A stretch of 60,277 nt of DNA from Candidatus Bathyarchaeia archaeon (GTDB lineage Archaea; Thermoproteota; Bathyarchaeia; Bathyarchaeales; Bathycorpusculaceae). The translations under genes and the position numbers were made by a program. Numbering within the stretch: the stretch's first letter is position 1; every line of letters begins with the position of its first letter. The notes below the pieces were generated by a model. The model did no database searches and had not been told where the DNA came from. It saw nothing but the letters and a program-made list of their open reading frames with translations. Below are positions 1-10,570 of this stretch, in pieces. The stretch is from contig JBEKTQ010000018.1 in NCBI GenBank assembly GCA_049515895.1, positions 1-60,277 of the forward strand, read 5' to 3'.

Positions 1-363
1 GTCGCTGAAATCAAAAATGTCGCTAAACAGCTTATTGAATTGAAAAGAAAAGGCTATCCTATTATGAACTCAATTAATTATTTTAAAATAATAGCTAAAG
101 AAAAAAACTGGAAATGCAAACCATGGGCAATGGTTAACGTAGACCCTAACGGGAACGTAGTTTTGCCTTGCTACGTCCACAATGATTATGCAAGCAGCGT
201 CTCTATCTTTGAAGTTGGCATTAAGAGTGCGGTTTCTGAGTTTGACTGGGAAAAAATAAAAAACTGCAGCAAATGCAGCCTTCACTGTTATGTTGAACCT
301 TCTTTGGCTCTTTCTTGGGATTTCAGAGCGTACATGCATTGGGCGTTTCATGTCAACATCTGA
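1..363 (+). CDS. Radical SAM protein, C-terminal SPASM/twitch region (5' end outside the window)
   Basis: Cys pattern WKCKPW..VDPNGNVVLPC..CSKCSLHCYVE is typical of the auxiliary Fe-S domain; the frame is open from the window edge. Confidence 0.7.
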   Translation, partial: VAEIKNVAKQLIELKRKGYPIMNSINYFKIIAKEKNWKCKPWAMVNVDPNGNVVLPCYVHNDYASSVSIFEVGIKSAVSEFDWEKIKNCSKCSLHCYVEPSLALSWDFRAYMHWAFHVNI

Positions 364-494
364 TTTTTTGAGAAATCAAGGTCTAAGGTAAAGTTGCATA
401 GTTAGAAAGAAGTGCTTGATGAAAACGCTTAAGCGTCAGAACATCATTGTTTGTAATCAGTGGTTACTTATAGCAAGAGAAGTGTTAGGTTTTT

Positions 495-746
495 ATGGGT
501 TATTCAAAAAGGCAAGGTGGTAGTTACGAGGGAAGACGGGGCCATGGCAAGGGTGTTAAACGTTGCCCTGTTGAGGTGGGGGAAGAGTTAGAAGTGGACA
601 TTGTAGAATGTAGCCCAAAAGAGGAAGGTATAGCTAGAGTTCAAGGTTTAGTAATACACGTTGCCAACACAAAGCCAGGAGACCACGCGAAAATTAAAAT
701 AACCCGGATTGGCGGCACCACAGCAGAAGCAAAGGTCATAAAGTAG
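495..746 (+). CDS. Single TRAM-domain RNA-binding protein
   Basis: PVEVGEELEVDI..EGIARVQGLVIHV..KPGDHAKIKI with an Arg/Gly-rich N-terminus. Confidence 0.9.
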   Translation: MGYSKRQGGSYEGRRGHGKGVKRCPVEVGEELEVDIVECSPKEEGIARVQGLVIHVANTKPGDHAKIKITRIGGTTAEAKVIK

Positions 747-1268
747 GTATGCGCTCCCAAAAACGTAGCTTAAATCTTTGAAAAACTCGTCCTGGAAATG
801 GGTGTTCGCTAACTATCAACTTTATACGCTGAAGATACCCGATAAAAACGCGCAATCTCAAGCTTCATCTGCTTCAATCGTAGCTTTACCGCAACGGAAA
901 ATCGCAGTTTCCTCTTTACGCTTAACATCGCCAGTGTAAGGAACCTCAACTCACTGCGCGCCCCCATGACCGCATGCTATATAAATAAATACTGGCAATC
1001 TGAAAGCCTTAATCATACAAAGGAAAAGCACATTATAATGACTTATGCTGACAATCATTCCGCAGGGTAAAAGAGCGCTGCCGGTTAATTTATATAAATT
1101 CTTCAACACTTAAAAACATACACTTATAAGTGTGTATGCACATAAAATGTTATGTGAATAAGTGAATCACATCAAAAATGGCAAAGATAAACGCGGAATT
1201 TGGAAATTGACGATTCGCTTATTTTAAAAATATATGACAAGCAAAGCTGCAACAAGCAAGTGAATAAA

Positions 1269-1412
1269 ATGGGCCGCATTAATGTTGACATCTCAGATGA
1301 GTTAGAAAAACAGCTAAGACTGAAAACAGTAGAAAGATTCGGAGGCAAAAAAGGCGACTTATCCCGAGCTGTTCAAGAAGCAGTAAAAACGTGGCTAGAC
1401 AAAAAACAATAA
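1269..1412 (+). CDS. Ribbon-helix-helix DNA-binding protein
   Basis: MGRINVDISDELEKQLR..FGGKKGDLSRAVQEAVKTWL; internal ATG at 1269 preferred. Confidence 0.75.
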   Translation: MGRINVDISDELEKQLRLKTVERFGGKKGDLSRAVQEAVKTWLDKKQ

Positions 1413-1470
1413 AGAATGAAGTCGCCCTCCTCAATCCCGATAGCTATATTATAAGGATGCCTAACAGAAA

Positions 1471-1570
1471 GGCGCGGGGAAAGCCAGTTAGCCTCGAACA
1501 CCCTCCGGAAGGTGTCATATGGGCAATCTAGCTGGAAAGTCCCTTCTTGCAACGGTGATCACGGCAAGTT
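1471..1570 (+). ncRNA. Candidate structured non-coding RNA
   Basis: Nested stems GGGG/TCCC, CCAGTTAG/CTAGCTGG and ACACC/GGTGT, then a CTTGC/GCAAG hairpin; TTATAA about 22 nt upstream. Confidence 0.4.
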
Positions 1571-1654
1571 ACACTTATCTGGTTGAAGGCAATGGGCAAT
1601 AAAAGTTTAATCGATTTGTGAACAAATAATCATTTGATTGTAAGGTGGAAAATA

Positions 1655-1807
1655 ATGGTTAATAGAAATTTGAATCTTGTGTTCATCGATAAGGAAGGGA
1701 AATGGTATCCTTTAGATGAAGTTGATCGTGAAGATCTAGCGGCAGGTTTAGAAAAAATTTCTAAAGAAGTCGCCAAACGACTGCAATTGTTAAAAGAGCA
1801 AAGGTAG
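1655..1807 (+). CDS. Small 50-aa hypothetical protein (below the ORF-track cutoff)
   Basis: MVNRNLNLVFIDKEGKWYPLDEVDREDLAAGLEKISKEVAKRLQLLKEQR, preceded by an AAGGTGG Shine-Dalgarno (SD). Confidence 0.6.
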   Translation: MVNRNLNLVFIDKEGKWYPLDEVDREDLAAGLEKISKEVAKRLQLLKEQR

Positions 1808-2002
1808 AACATTTCAGGTGTCTCTTCCAAAAATTAAACAATAAAGGTAAATTGAATTAGGTCAACGCTGACTTTCCGAGCAGTTCCTTTTCCCCCGTCA
1901 AGATAAAAAAACTGCACAACAAACTGAATCGAACCAAAAATAGTTCTTTAACCATTTCCCCTATCTTAAATTCTTTAATAATAAATAATCGAGGTGAAAA
2001 AA

Positions 2003-2584
2003 ATGAGTGAAGAACAAAAAAAGGCGCCGGTAAAGGCGATAACAAAATCTGAAATCGCAGTGAAACCTGCAAAACATGTTCTTGCTAAACCTGTTACTGC
2101 TAAAGTTCCTGCTAAACGCATTACTGCCAAACAAGTTCCCGCAGTCCATGTTCTGACGACCTTTGACGATCTGGTGGATAATTTTCGCAAAAACTTCATT
2201 GAAAGTATAGCTTTCCCATTTGAGTGGACAAGTGTTGAACCTGTCGTCCCAGTTCGTGAAGCAACTGTAGATCTGGTTGATGAAGGAAACAAATTTGTGG
2301 TGCACGCTGAGATGCCTGGGGTAGCAAAAGATAATATTGATGTAGCATTGACGAAAGATGGTATTGAAATCTCGGCTGAAACAGATGTTGAAACGGAAGA
2401 TGCGGAGAAGAACTTTGTCGTCAGAGAACGCGTTTACTCGCACATTTACAAACAGATGTCGTTCCCCGAAGAAGTAATCCCTGAGAAAGCCGAATCCACA
2501 TATAGAAACGGATTACTCGAAGTCTCCATCCCAAAGAAGACGATTGCACCCGCCCCTAAAAAACACAAAGTTCCAGTGAAATAG
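2003..2584 (+). CDS. hsp20: Small heat shock protein (Hsp20/alpha-crystallin)
   Basis: VDLVDEG..VHAEMPGVAKDNIDV..FPEEVIPEKAESTYRNGLLEVSIPK; GAGGTG SD; Lys/Pro/Ala-rich N-terminus. Confidence 0.95.
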   Translation: MSEEQKKAPVKAITKSEIAVKPAKHVLAKPVTAKVPAKRITAKQVPAVHVLTTFDDLVDNFRKNFIESIAFPFEWTSVEPVVPVREATVDLVDEGNKFVVHAEMPGVAKDNIDVALTKDGIEISAETDVETEDAEKNFVVRERVYSHIYKQMSFPEEVIPEKAESTYRNGLLEVSIPKKTIAPAPKKHKVPVK

Positions 2585-2740
2585 TTGTTGTGTAGCATTT
2601 TTTGTGCTCACTAACTTTTCCCTGCAATATTTTTGAGAAACTCTCTTTATTTTTAGGTTTTTCTGTTTGAGAATTGGAAACTGTCGAGTTGGGTAAAACT
2701 TTGAAACCTGAGTGGCAAATTTAGAGTCTAATCCGTAGTC

Positions 2741-2944
2741 TTATCCTCTGTTAGGAGCAAGTTTGAATTGCCGTCTTTGCTTTTTTCCGCGAGATCTTCG
2801 AGCGCGGGGTGCCGTTCCTGATTCATTGAGCTTATGGGTTATTTTTTTGTTCTTCTCATCGGAGTATCGTTTTACTTGCTTTTTTTCGTGTTTTAGTGGC
2901 GTTGCCTCTGGATCATTAACCTTCGAGTTTTCTTTTTCATTCAT
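2741..2944 (-). CDS. Small basic hypothetical protein
   Basis: 67-aa Lys/Arg-rich ORF with a GAGGTG SD, directly downstream of the 3009-3317 gene. Confidence 0.5.
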   Translation of the reverse strand: MNEKENSKVNDPEATPLKHEKKQVKRYSDEKNKKITHKLNESGTAPRARRSRGKKQRRQFKLAPNRG

Positions 2945-3008
2945 ATTCTTTTCACCTCATTTGCTCGGTCTTTTTCGAATAAAGTAGTTACTGAAATTAC
3001 TGCCCCGG

Positions 3009-3317
3009 TTAAGGCTTTGGTTCTCTGTCTTCACTGTAGTCTCTGTCCTCGTGGACTTCCTCTTCAGCTTCGTCTTCGTTTTCTTCTTCAGCTTCGCTTG
3101 CTTCTTCACCTTCTTCATTTGCTCTGTCTTCTGCTTCGCCTTTTGGCGGATAAGCCTTATCCAACCAAACCTCAAACTGTGTCTTGCTTTCAGAGTTAGA
3201 AAAAGCCCATTCGCACAATTCACTAATGACTTTGCTAACGTCAATTTCGTGGTCGTCAGCTAAACTTTTCAAAAACTCTCCCCAATTTGCAGGCAAAGAA
3301 ACTGGAAAACTACTCAT
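3009..3317 (-). CDS. Hypothetical RHH-like protein with an acidic tail
   Basis: FPVSLPANWGEFLKSLADDHEIDVSKVISELCEW plus a Glu-rich C-terminus. Confidence 0.65.
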   Translation of the reverse strand: MSSFPVSLPANWGEFLKSLADDHEIDVSKVISELCEWAFSNSESKTQFEVWLDKAYPPKGEAEDRANEEGEEASEAEEENEDEAEEEVHEDRDYSEDREPKP

Positions 3318-3490
3318 TTAAAAACAATCTCCACTACCTTGTTAATGCCAAGTTATATTTAAGCTTCAAATGTACTTGAGAATGTCGCTTCGGAATTACA
3401 CTTAGTTCGTCGATGGCCAAAAGCCTCTAAAAAGATCAAAAGCGCGCTTATATTTAGGTTAATCGTATAGCTATGTGCAAGAGATTTTAC

Positions 3491-3778
3491 CTATATTGCT
3501 CTGTAATAGATTTGTTCTCCGGTAGACTGCTTAATTTCTCTTGCTTCCACCGTTCCTTGCTTAACCAAGTTTTCTATTGCATTTTGAAACAGCCAGTAAC
3601 CAGCTACGCCGCTAACAAAAGTTCCAAAATCCCTAATTTCGATATTGTAGCCTAATCCTGTAACTATTTCAGAAAGAGTAAAAGCGCTGTCCTGATTTCT
3701 TTTCAAAAAGGACAGTATACGTTCTTCAAACGTAGAATATCTACTTCCAGATTTCCATTCTTCTTTTCCTATCGGCGT
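3491..3778 (-). CDS. Small winged-helix-like protein (probable ACG start)
   Basis: ILSFLKRNQDSAFTLSEIV..AIENLVKQGTVEAREI..YYRA; SD GGGGGTGAG then AAAA-ACG. Confidence 0.7.
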   Translation of the reverse strand, partial: TPIGKEEWKSGSRYSTFEERILSFLKRNQDSAFTLSEIVTGLGYNIEIRDFGTFVSGVAGYWLFQNAIENLVKQGTVEAREIKQSTGEQIYYRAI

Positions 3779-4018
3779 TTTTCTCACCCCCTTTTTCAAA
3801 CAAGTTTTCATCTACCCAAAGCGCGTCCACATTGTTGCTTTTCTTGATTTTATCGATGAAGTTGCTGCAGATCTTAAATCTAACTTTGGACCAGTGAGTG
3901 AGTGTTTCTTCTAGCACCTAATCAGTGGGTAAGGAAATGCCATGTTTTCCGCTCGCTAGAAGCCTTTGAGATAAAAAACTTTTTAAATACACACACTCAT
4001 CATTCTTTCCGAACCCAA

Positions 4019-4585
4019 ATGATACCAAAATGCTTCTTTTTCACGAAGGGAGTTGGAAAACACAAAGAGCAACTCCAATCTTTCGAATTAGCCCTCAGAA
4101 ACGCAGGGATACAAATGTGCAACCTCGTAAGCGTATCCAGCATCGTTCCCCCAGGATGTGAGCAGCTGACATGCGAGAAAGGCTTGAAGATGGTTCAGCC
4201 CGGCGAAATAACCTTCGTCGTCATCGCCCGCAACTCCACCAACGAACCGCATAGGCTTGTTGCGTCATCCATCGGCGTCGCTATTCCCTCAGGCAAAAAC
4301 CAGTACGGGTACCTCTCTGAGCATCACTCTTACGGGCAAACAGACGAGACCGCAGGCGACTACGCTGAAGACTTGGCAGCAACAATGCTTGCAACGACCA
4401 TGGGCATTCAGTTTGACCCCGAAACCGCATGGGACGAGCGCAAACAACTCTTCAAGACCACCGGGCTCATCATCAAAACTGCTAACATAACCCAGAGCGC
4501 AGCAGGCGACAAAAACGGCTTATGGACAACAACCGTTGCCGCAGCAGTCTTTGTACCAGAAAACAACAACAAACCAAAAGAATAA
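4019..4585 (+). CDS. pdaD: Pyruvoyl-dependent arginine decarboxylase
   Basis: [22 protein letters not shown] self-cleavage motif, [18 protein letters not shown]. Confidence 0.93.
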   Translation: MIPKCFFFTKGVGKHKEQLQSFELALRNAGIQMCNLVSVSSIVPPGCEQLTCEKGLKMVQPGEITFVVIARNSTNEPHRLVASSIGVAIPSGKNQYGYLSEHHSYGQTDETAGDYAEDLAATMLATTMGIQFDPETAWDERKQLFKTTGLIIKTANITQSAAGDKNGLWTTTVAAAVFVPENNNKPKE

Positions 4586-4673
4586 ATTCTTTTCAACCCA
4601 ATTCAGGGTTTTTCATTTTTTGAAGTATTTAAGATTCATTAAATGCTCAATCTGGGACTCTGAACTTCAGCGG

Positions 4674-5579
4674 TTACAAGATACTTTTCCAGTTTGCCAC
4701 AGTGTCAAGAAATCCTTGCACTGGTTGGCCGCCGTAAGTTCTAAGTTTTTCAATCAGTTGGGTCTCTGCAATTGCAGCTTTTTGGAAGTTTCTGATCTGG
4801 GTGGCGCCGTCTGTCAAGTAAAGGAACTCTTCGGCTCCTGCCCTTGCACAGCGAACGCTAACCGTCAGCAGCTCCTGCGTAGTCGGCACGTCTTCTGGTT
4901 TGTCGCCTGGACCATACATGTAGAAGGCGACGTAGAAGGGTTTCTTGAGGAGCTTCTTGAAGGCCCGCGTAAGCATTTCCCAGTACCAGGGGGTAGCGTA
5001 GTTTTTGCTGAACATGACAACGCAGAAGCGGTCAGCGTACTTGGCGAAATCGTCGAAGTCTACGCCATAGCGTTCCAGAGAGCTGACTGGGTCAGGCTGA
5101 ATGCAAAGTACCAGCTCTTTTTTCACCCGCTCTCGGACTTGCGCAATGTACTCTGTGACTTCCCGTTTTCGCCATTCAACCCAGCCAAAACCGCTCTTCT
5201 TCCACAGTTTCTGGCAGCGTGGGCAAGTGCAGTGTCCATGTTCTGCAAAGTACTGGCTATTTAACCACACGCCCTTGGACTGAGCGTCAACTTCGGCTAT
5301 GTAATTCAATTGTTCAGCCCTGTGCTCTGGCTGCGTGGCACAAACTATGTCCCAGTAAATGTTGAAGTTGTTGTTGCCCATTTTGGCGGGTCCCAGCGGC
5401 GACTGGGAAATCCAGTCTGGGTGATTCTGCACGGCTACGTTGTCGGCGAAAACGGCGATGTTGCTGTACATGTCTTTCCGCGGCGTGAGCCTTATGCCCA
5501 TTTCAGTTTTCACGCGGAGAACATGAAAATCGAACCCCTCTGCCTTTTCAGGTTTGAAAGTGTATGAACCAAGCTGCAT
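4674..5579 (-). CDS. Hypothetical TIM-barrel/glycoside-hydrolase-like protein with a Cys cluster
   Basis: HPDWIS..WDIVCATQPEHR..HCTCPRC..WVEWRKREVTEYI..YGVDFDDFAKYAD..VMF pattern resembles GHL10/GH42-like proteins. Confidence 0.55.
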   Translation of the reverse strand: MQLGSYTFKPEKAEGFDFHVLRVKTEMGIRLTPRKDMYSNIAVFADNVAVQNHPDWISQSPLGPAKMGNNNFNIYWDIVCATQPEHRAEQLNYIAEVDAQSKGVWLNSQYFAEHGHCTCPRCQKLWKKSGFGWVEWRKREVTEYIAQVRERVKKELVLCIQPDPVSSLERYGVDFDDFAKYADRFCVVMFSKNYATPWYWEMLTRAFKKLLKKPFYVAFYMYGPGDKPEDVPTTQELLTVSVRCARAGAEEFLYLTDGATQIRNFQKAAIAETQLIEKLRTYGGQPVQGFLDTVANWKSIL

Positions 5580-5998
5580 CTGACGCGCCTTTTTCCAGCC
5601 AAAGAAGCTGTTGAAAAGTAAATAAGTGTTTTGTGCAATAGCTAAAAATAAGAATTTTTGTTTTTTATGCTGTTTGGCGCAAGCAGCCAAGCACATAATT
5701 AGAGATTATTGTGGTTTTTAATTTAACGTGTATATTTGTGCAGGCACGCGCGAATCGTCACAGTTTTCCATGGGTCACAAACTTCAAGTTAAAGCCGGAA
5801 TTTTGAACATTTTTTTAGCAAAAGCCGCTCTATTAGTGAAAAATTGGATGAACACTATGCAAAACGCAAGCTAAATCAACAGTTGCTCAAACCAGAGCAA
5901 AAACAGGTTTCATATGCACAGCTTTTAAATATAACTGTGTGTAGCTGTAGAGGTAAAAATTAGCCAAGCAAACAATTGTCAAAAAGGATTGGACGAAC

Positions 5999-7294
5999 AT
6001 GTCAGTCGTTGGAAGCGCAGATCCGGGAAGCATCGCATGGGTAATAACCGCAACCGCCCTAGTTATGCTAATGACCCCCGCCTTAGGGTTCTTCTACGGC
6101 GGCCTAGTAAGGAGAAAGAACCTCGTATCAACTATAGCCCAATGCTTCATAATATTTGCAGTCATAAGCATAGTCTGGGCTCTATGGGGTTATATGCTTG
6201 TATTTGGACCCACAAGCAACCACATAATCGGCTTCAGCCCAAGCCTACTGGGCATGAATGGCCTCAGCATAAACGCCGTCAACACACAACTTGCTCCTAA
6301 CATCCCCGAGTTGCTATACTTCGCATTCCAACTCAAGTTCGCAGCCATCACACCAGCTTTAATCGTCGGTGCATGCGCTGAAAGGATACGTTTTAGGTCA
6401 CTACTCATTTTCATAGTTCTCTGGTCGACCTTTATTTACGCGCCTATAGCATGCTGGGTTTGGAACCCCAACGGTTGGCTCCATAATTTAGGCGCAATAG
6501 ACTTTGCAGGTGGTATAGTTGTGCACATTTCCTCAGGCATCTCAGCTCTAGCAGCGGCGCTTGTTGTAGGAAGGAGAAAAGGCTGTGCTATCCCCTGGCA
6601 AAATCACATGAAAGCGTTAGACCAGAAGGATCATGCGACAGAGTTTAAGCCAACAAACATCCCGTACGTGCTTTTAGGTGCAGCGCTGTTGTGGTTCGGG
6701 TGGTTCGGCTTCAACGCAGGCAGCGCATTAGCTGCAAACGGCTTAGCCGTCTCTGCGCTGGTAACCACGAACTTGGCGGCGGCTGCGGCGGCGGTAAGTT
6801 GGATGCTAGCAGACTGGGTGCGGAAAGGAAAGCCGTCGGCGATAGGCATGGCAACGGGCGCAGTAGTTGGGCTAGTAGTAATTACTCCTGCGGCGGGGTA
6901 CGTCAGCGTAGGAGCGGCTCTAATCATCGGCTTGGTCGGCGGGGTCATTTCGAACTCGGTGGCTAACTGGAGAGCAGGCAGATCCCGCATAGACGATGCA
7001 TTAGATGTGTTCGCATGCCACGGCGTGGGAGGAATCTGGGGTTCAATCGCAACAGGCATATTCGCATCAGCAGCCATAAACGCTTCAATAAAAGGCGGCT
7101 TGATCTTCGGAAACGTGCATCAATTCCTCGCTCAGTTAGCGGCGATAGGTATCGTGGTGCCGTTTGCATTCTTCGGCTCCTATGCGTTGCTTAAATTGGT
7201 GAACGTGTTTTCGCCGCTAAGAGTAAGCGAGGAAGCAGAAGACGCAGGCTTAGACATGAGTGAGCACGGCGAAGAAGCCTACCAGCTAGACTAG
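5999..7294 (+). CDS. amtB: Ammonium transporter 1
   Basis: DFAGGIVVH, LLWFGWFGFNAGS, DDALDVFACHG (twin His), GLDMSEHGEEAY. Confidence 0.97.
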   Translation: MSVVGSADPGSIAWVITATALVMLMTPALGFFYGGLVRRKNLVSTIAQCFIIFAVISIVWALWGYMLVFGPTSNHIIGFSPSLLGMNGLSINAVNTQLAPNIPELLYFAFQLKFAAITPALIVGACAERIRFRSLLIFIVLWSTFIYAPIACWVWNPNGWLHNLGAIDFAGGIVVHISSGISALAAALVVGRRKGCAIPWQNHMKALDQKDHATEFKPTNIPYVLLGAALLWFGWFGFNAGSALAANGLAVSALVTTNLAAAAAAVSWMLADWVRKGKPSAIGMATGAVVGLVVITPAAGYVSVGAALIIGLVGGVISNSVANWRAGRSRIDDALDVFACHGVGGIWGSIATGIFASAAINASIKGGLIFGNVHQFLAQLAAIGIVVPFAFFGSYALLKLVNVFSPLRVSEEAEDAGLDMSEHGEEAYQLD

Positions 7295-7523
7295 CGAAGC
7301 CCGACCTCCTTTTTCCTTTTTGCTCTTAAATAAATTCTTTGTTTTCACGTTATTTGACAATTTTTGAATTTACGTCGTTTATTCTGGACAATATTATTTT
7401 TCTTAGCCTCTTTTTGCTTGATTGTTTTGTGATTGAACGGTTTCTTCGAGATTGATTGGACATTCATCGATATTTGAGCAATTAATCAATGCGAATGCTT
7501 AGTTTAAATATTAGTTCGCCGAA

Positions 7524-8852
7524 ATGGTTGAACAAATAAGCGGTATAGGTGCTGTCGAGGGGGCAAATGTGGGAGCAGCAGACATAGCATGGGTGTTAAT
7601 GTCAACAGCGCTTGTGATGCTGATGACTCCAGCCTTGGCTTTCTTCTATGGCGGCTTAGTCCGAAGAAAAAACCTGGTCTCCACCCTTGTGCAGTGCATG
7701 ATAATCTTTGCGGTGGTGAGCCTCGTCTGGTTATTCTGGGGTTACAGCCTCGTTTATGGACCAAGCGTCGGCGGATTCATAGGCAATCTATCGCTTTTTG
7801 GCTTAAACAACATAACATTATCTAGCGTCTATCCTTCCGCTTCAGCCATCCCGGAAATTCTGTTCTTCGCGTTTCAGCTTAAATTTGCGGCAATCACCCC
7901 CGCTTTGATTCTGGGCGCATGCGCGGAAAGGATACGTTTCAAGTCGCTTCTGATCTTTGTTGTTTTGTGGTCTACCCTGATTTATTCTCCGATTGCCAGT
8001 TGGATATGGAACCCATCAGGGTGGCTGCATGTGCTTGGTGCGGTGGACTTCGCAGGCGGAATAGTTGTACATATCGCCGCGGGTTTGTCAGCTTTGGCGG
8101 CGGCGCTTGTTCTGGGTAGAAGACAAGGCTGCGTCTTCTGGAAAGACCAGCTTAAAGCTTTAGACCAAAAAGCCCCCACCAAAACAGTGCCCATGGGATC
8201 AGAGTTTAAGCCAACAAACATCCCCTATGTGATTTTGGGTGCAGGTTTACTCTGGTTCGGCTGGTTCGGCTTCAATGGCGGCAGCGCATTGGCGGCCAAC
8301 AGCATCGCGGTGTCCGCTGTTGTAGTAACCAACTTGGCAGCGGCAGCAGCAGCTGTAAGCTGGATGCTCATGGACTGGCTAATCAAAGGAAAGCCCTCTG
8401 CAATTGGAATTGCAGTTGGGGCAGTCTGTGGCTTGGCGGCAATTACGGCGGCTTCAGGGTACGTCAGTTTTTGGGCTGCAGTAGTCATCGGGTTAGCTGC
8501 AGGAGTAATCTCCAACCTGGTGGCTAACTGGCGTGCTGGAAGGTCAAGAATTGATGATTCACTGGATGTTTTCGCTTGCCACGGAATCGGCGGAATGATT
8601 GGCGCAATATCGATTGGTTTGTTCGCAACCGCCGCCGTGACCCCAGGCGTTACAGGCTTAATTTACGGCAACGTTCACCAACTCGCGGTTCAGCTTCTTG
8701 CTGTCGGAGTGGTGTCTGCCTTCGCATTCTTCGGCACCTACGCCTTGCTGAAAGTGGTTGACCGCTTCTTCCCGCTTCGAGTTAGCCTCAAAGAAGAAGA
8801 GGATGGCTTAGACATGAGCCAGCATGGCGAAGAAGCATACCACTTGGACTAG
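7524..8852 (+). CDS. amtB: Ammonium transporter 2 (tandem paralog)
   Basis: Same Amt motifs; long stretches identical to the 5999-7294 protein. Confidence 0.97.
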   Translation: MVEQISGIGAVEGANVGAADIAWVLMSTALVMLMTPALAFFYGGLVRRKNLVSTLVQCMIIFAVVSLVWLFWGYSLVYGPSVGGFIGNLSLFGLNNITLSSVYPSASAIPEILFFAFQLKFAAITPALILGACAERIRFKSLLIFVVLWSTLIYSPIASWIWNPSGWLHVLGAVDFAGGIVVHIAAGLSALAAALVLGRRQGCVFWKDQLKALDQKAPTKTVPMGSEFKPTNIPYVILGAGLLWFGWFGFNGGSALAANSIAVSAVVVTNLAAAAAAVSWMLMDWLIKGKPSAIGIAVGAVCGLAAITAASGYVSFWAAVVIGLAAGVISNLVANWRAGRSRIDDSLDVFACHGIGGMIGAISIGLFATAAVTPGVTGLIYGNVHQLAVQLLAVGVVSAFAFFGTYALLKVVDRFFPLRVSLKEEEDGLDMSQHGEEAYHLD

Positions 8853-8944
8853 CGCAATCTCAAACAGCGCCAGCTATGTAGCCGACGGTAAATTGAAAAG
8901 ATATATCAACATATAACTTCATACTCGGGGACGGGTGAGATGGC

Positions 8945-10570
8945 ATTAAACAGCGCGCCGTTCTCTGCGTAATTATCGCATTCATAATCGCTGTTTACTT
9001 TGTTAGCGCATACTATATTCAACCAGCCAACAGCTGCTATGGTCCATGCGTAACTGCCAACATAAACACCACCCAAATAAACATTAATCAAACCGTCACC
9101 GTGACTGGGCAAATCTGTCCTCCAGGACCAAACAAATGGATGAGGGTCGTTTTCACGAGACCCGACTTCTCCTACATCGAGCGAGATTTGCAACCGGATC
9201 CTAAGACGGGAAATTTCTCGGTTACGCAAAAACTTGACATGGCTGGATACTGGAACATATTTGCCATCAACGGCGTTTTATGTGACAGACTATTCGCTCA
9301 GGTAACTGACCCAGCTAACCCGAACCCGACAGCTCCGCCCTCAGTTATAGCCTTGAAGTATCGCCCAAACTACAATGTCTTGGGATCAGCGGCGGCTCTG
9401 GCAACCCTTGGAGTCGTCGGGGTCGTCTATAGCCTGAAAAAAATGACCATAAAAATCAGTTCGCTGAGGCTGCTTATCCAAATTGGATTGTTATTTCTTA
9501 TTTTCTTCGGTGTCTTCTGGGATCATCAATACTTGTCTTTGCCTGTTGAAATGATTTCGCCGCATGAATCTCTCGTTGCCACCAACGCATTGGGCGTATC
9601 AATGCCCGACGGGATTCCAGCGCCCTTCTTCGGATGCTACTACCCATGCGGAAGAACCGTAACCTGCTCGCTGTGGCAGATTCAAACCTACCTTTACCCT
9701 TTCTTCAACGTTGGAAACGGCTGGGGAGTACACTACACCTCGACGGGACTCGAAAGGTTAGCCATCGTTTTCGGCGTGATTATTTTGGCGGCGGTCCTTC
9801 TTGGAAGGGCATTCTGCGGCTGGGCATGTCCATTCGGGTTATACTTGGATTTGATGACGCGTCTAAGAAAACTCGTCAGGATTAAGAGAAGGAACTTTTC
9901 AGACAAATTTAACCAACAGCTTCACCAGCTAAGCTACGTCATTCTGGCAGCCATAATCATCATCAGTATTCTTTTCGGTTCACAAGCCATAGCGGGAACC
10001 CAGCTTGTTCCCGGAACCCAAAAAGGCGGCTTTGTCTGGAACTACTATTCAGCGCCGTTTTGCCAAGTTTGTCCAATGAAGCCGTTTTGCATGCTGGCTG
10101 ATGTTGCTTTGGGTTTGCAATTGCCCGGCTGGCTTACCCAAACAACAGGCGGTCAATTTTGGCAGCTTGGTTTCTACTTGACATCGATAAACCTGATTGT
10201 GCTGGCCTTGGTTACCGTTGCTGCTTTCTTCTTCAGGCGGTCGTGGTGCAGGATTTGTCCACTCGGGGGCTTAATCGCGTTGTTTAACAGGTTTCCGCCG
10301 TTCAAGTGGGTTTCCGGAGTTAGGCTTAACAAGAATGCAGAGAAATGCAAGAAATGTGGTGTATGCAAACGTGTGTGTCCGAGCCAGGTTAAAGAGGTTT
10401 ATGAGCGAAAAAGCGGAGATGTGGCTCCTGCTAGCTGCATTTGGTGTCTGCGCTGTGTGGAAATGTGTCCGTATGAAGGTTGCTTGGAATTCAAGTTTGC
10501 GGGAAAAACTATTTGTAAATCTAGAAACTGGTTAGCAGATGGAAGTAGCGTAAAGGTGGATGCTGATTGA
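8945..10570 (+). CDS. Membrane 4Fe-4S binding protein, NapH/MauN/NosR-like, with an extracellular N-terminal domain
   Basis: GRAFCGWACPFG, RSWCRICPLG and two ferredoxin motifs (CKKCGVCKRVCP, CIWCLRCVEMCP); in-frame signal peptide upstream of the track start at 9101. Confidence 0.85.
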   Translation: MKQRAVLCVIIAFIIAVYFVSAYYIQPANSCYGPCVTANINTTQININQTVTVTGQICPPGPNKWMRVVFTRPDFSYIERDLQPDPKTGNFSVTQKLDMAGYWNIFAINGVLCDRLFAQVTDPANPNPTAPPSVIALKYRPNYNVLGSAAALATLGVVGVVYSLKKMTIKISSLRLLIQIGLLFLIFFGVFWDHQYLSLPVEMISPHESLVATNALGVSMPDGIPAPFFGCYYPCGRTVTCSLWQIQTYLYPFFNVGNGWGVHYTSTGLERLAIVFGVIILAAVLLGRAFCGWACPFGLYLDLMTRLRKLVRIKRRNFSDKFNQQLHQLSYVILAAIIIISILFGSQAIAGTQLVPGTQKGGFVWNYYSAPFCQVCPMKPFCMLADVALGLQLPGWLTQTTGGQFWQLGFYLTSINLIVLALVTVAAFFFRRSWCRICPLGGLIALFNRFPPFKWVSGVRLNKNAEKCKKCGVCKRVCPSQVKEVYERKSGDVAPASCIWCLRCVEMCPYEGCLEFKFAGKTICKSRNWLADGSSVKVDAD

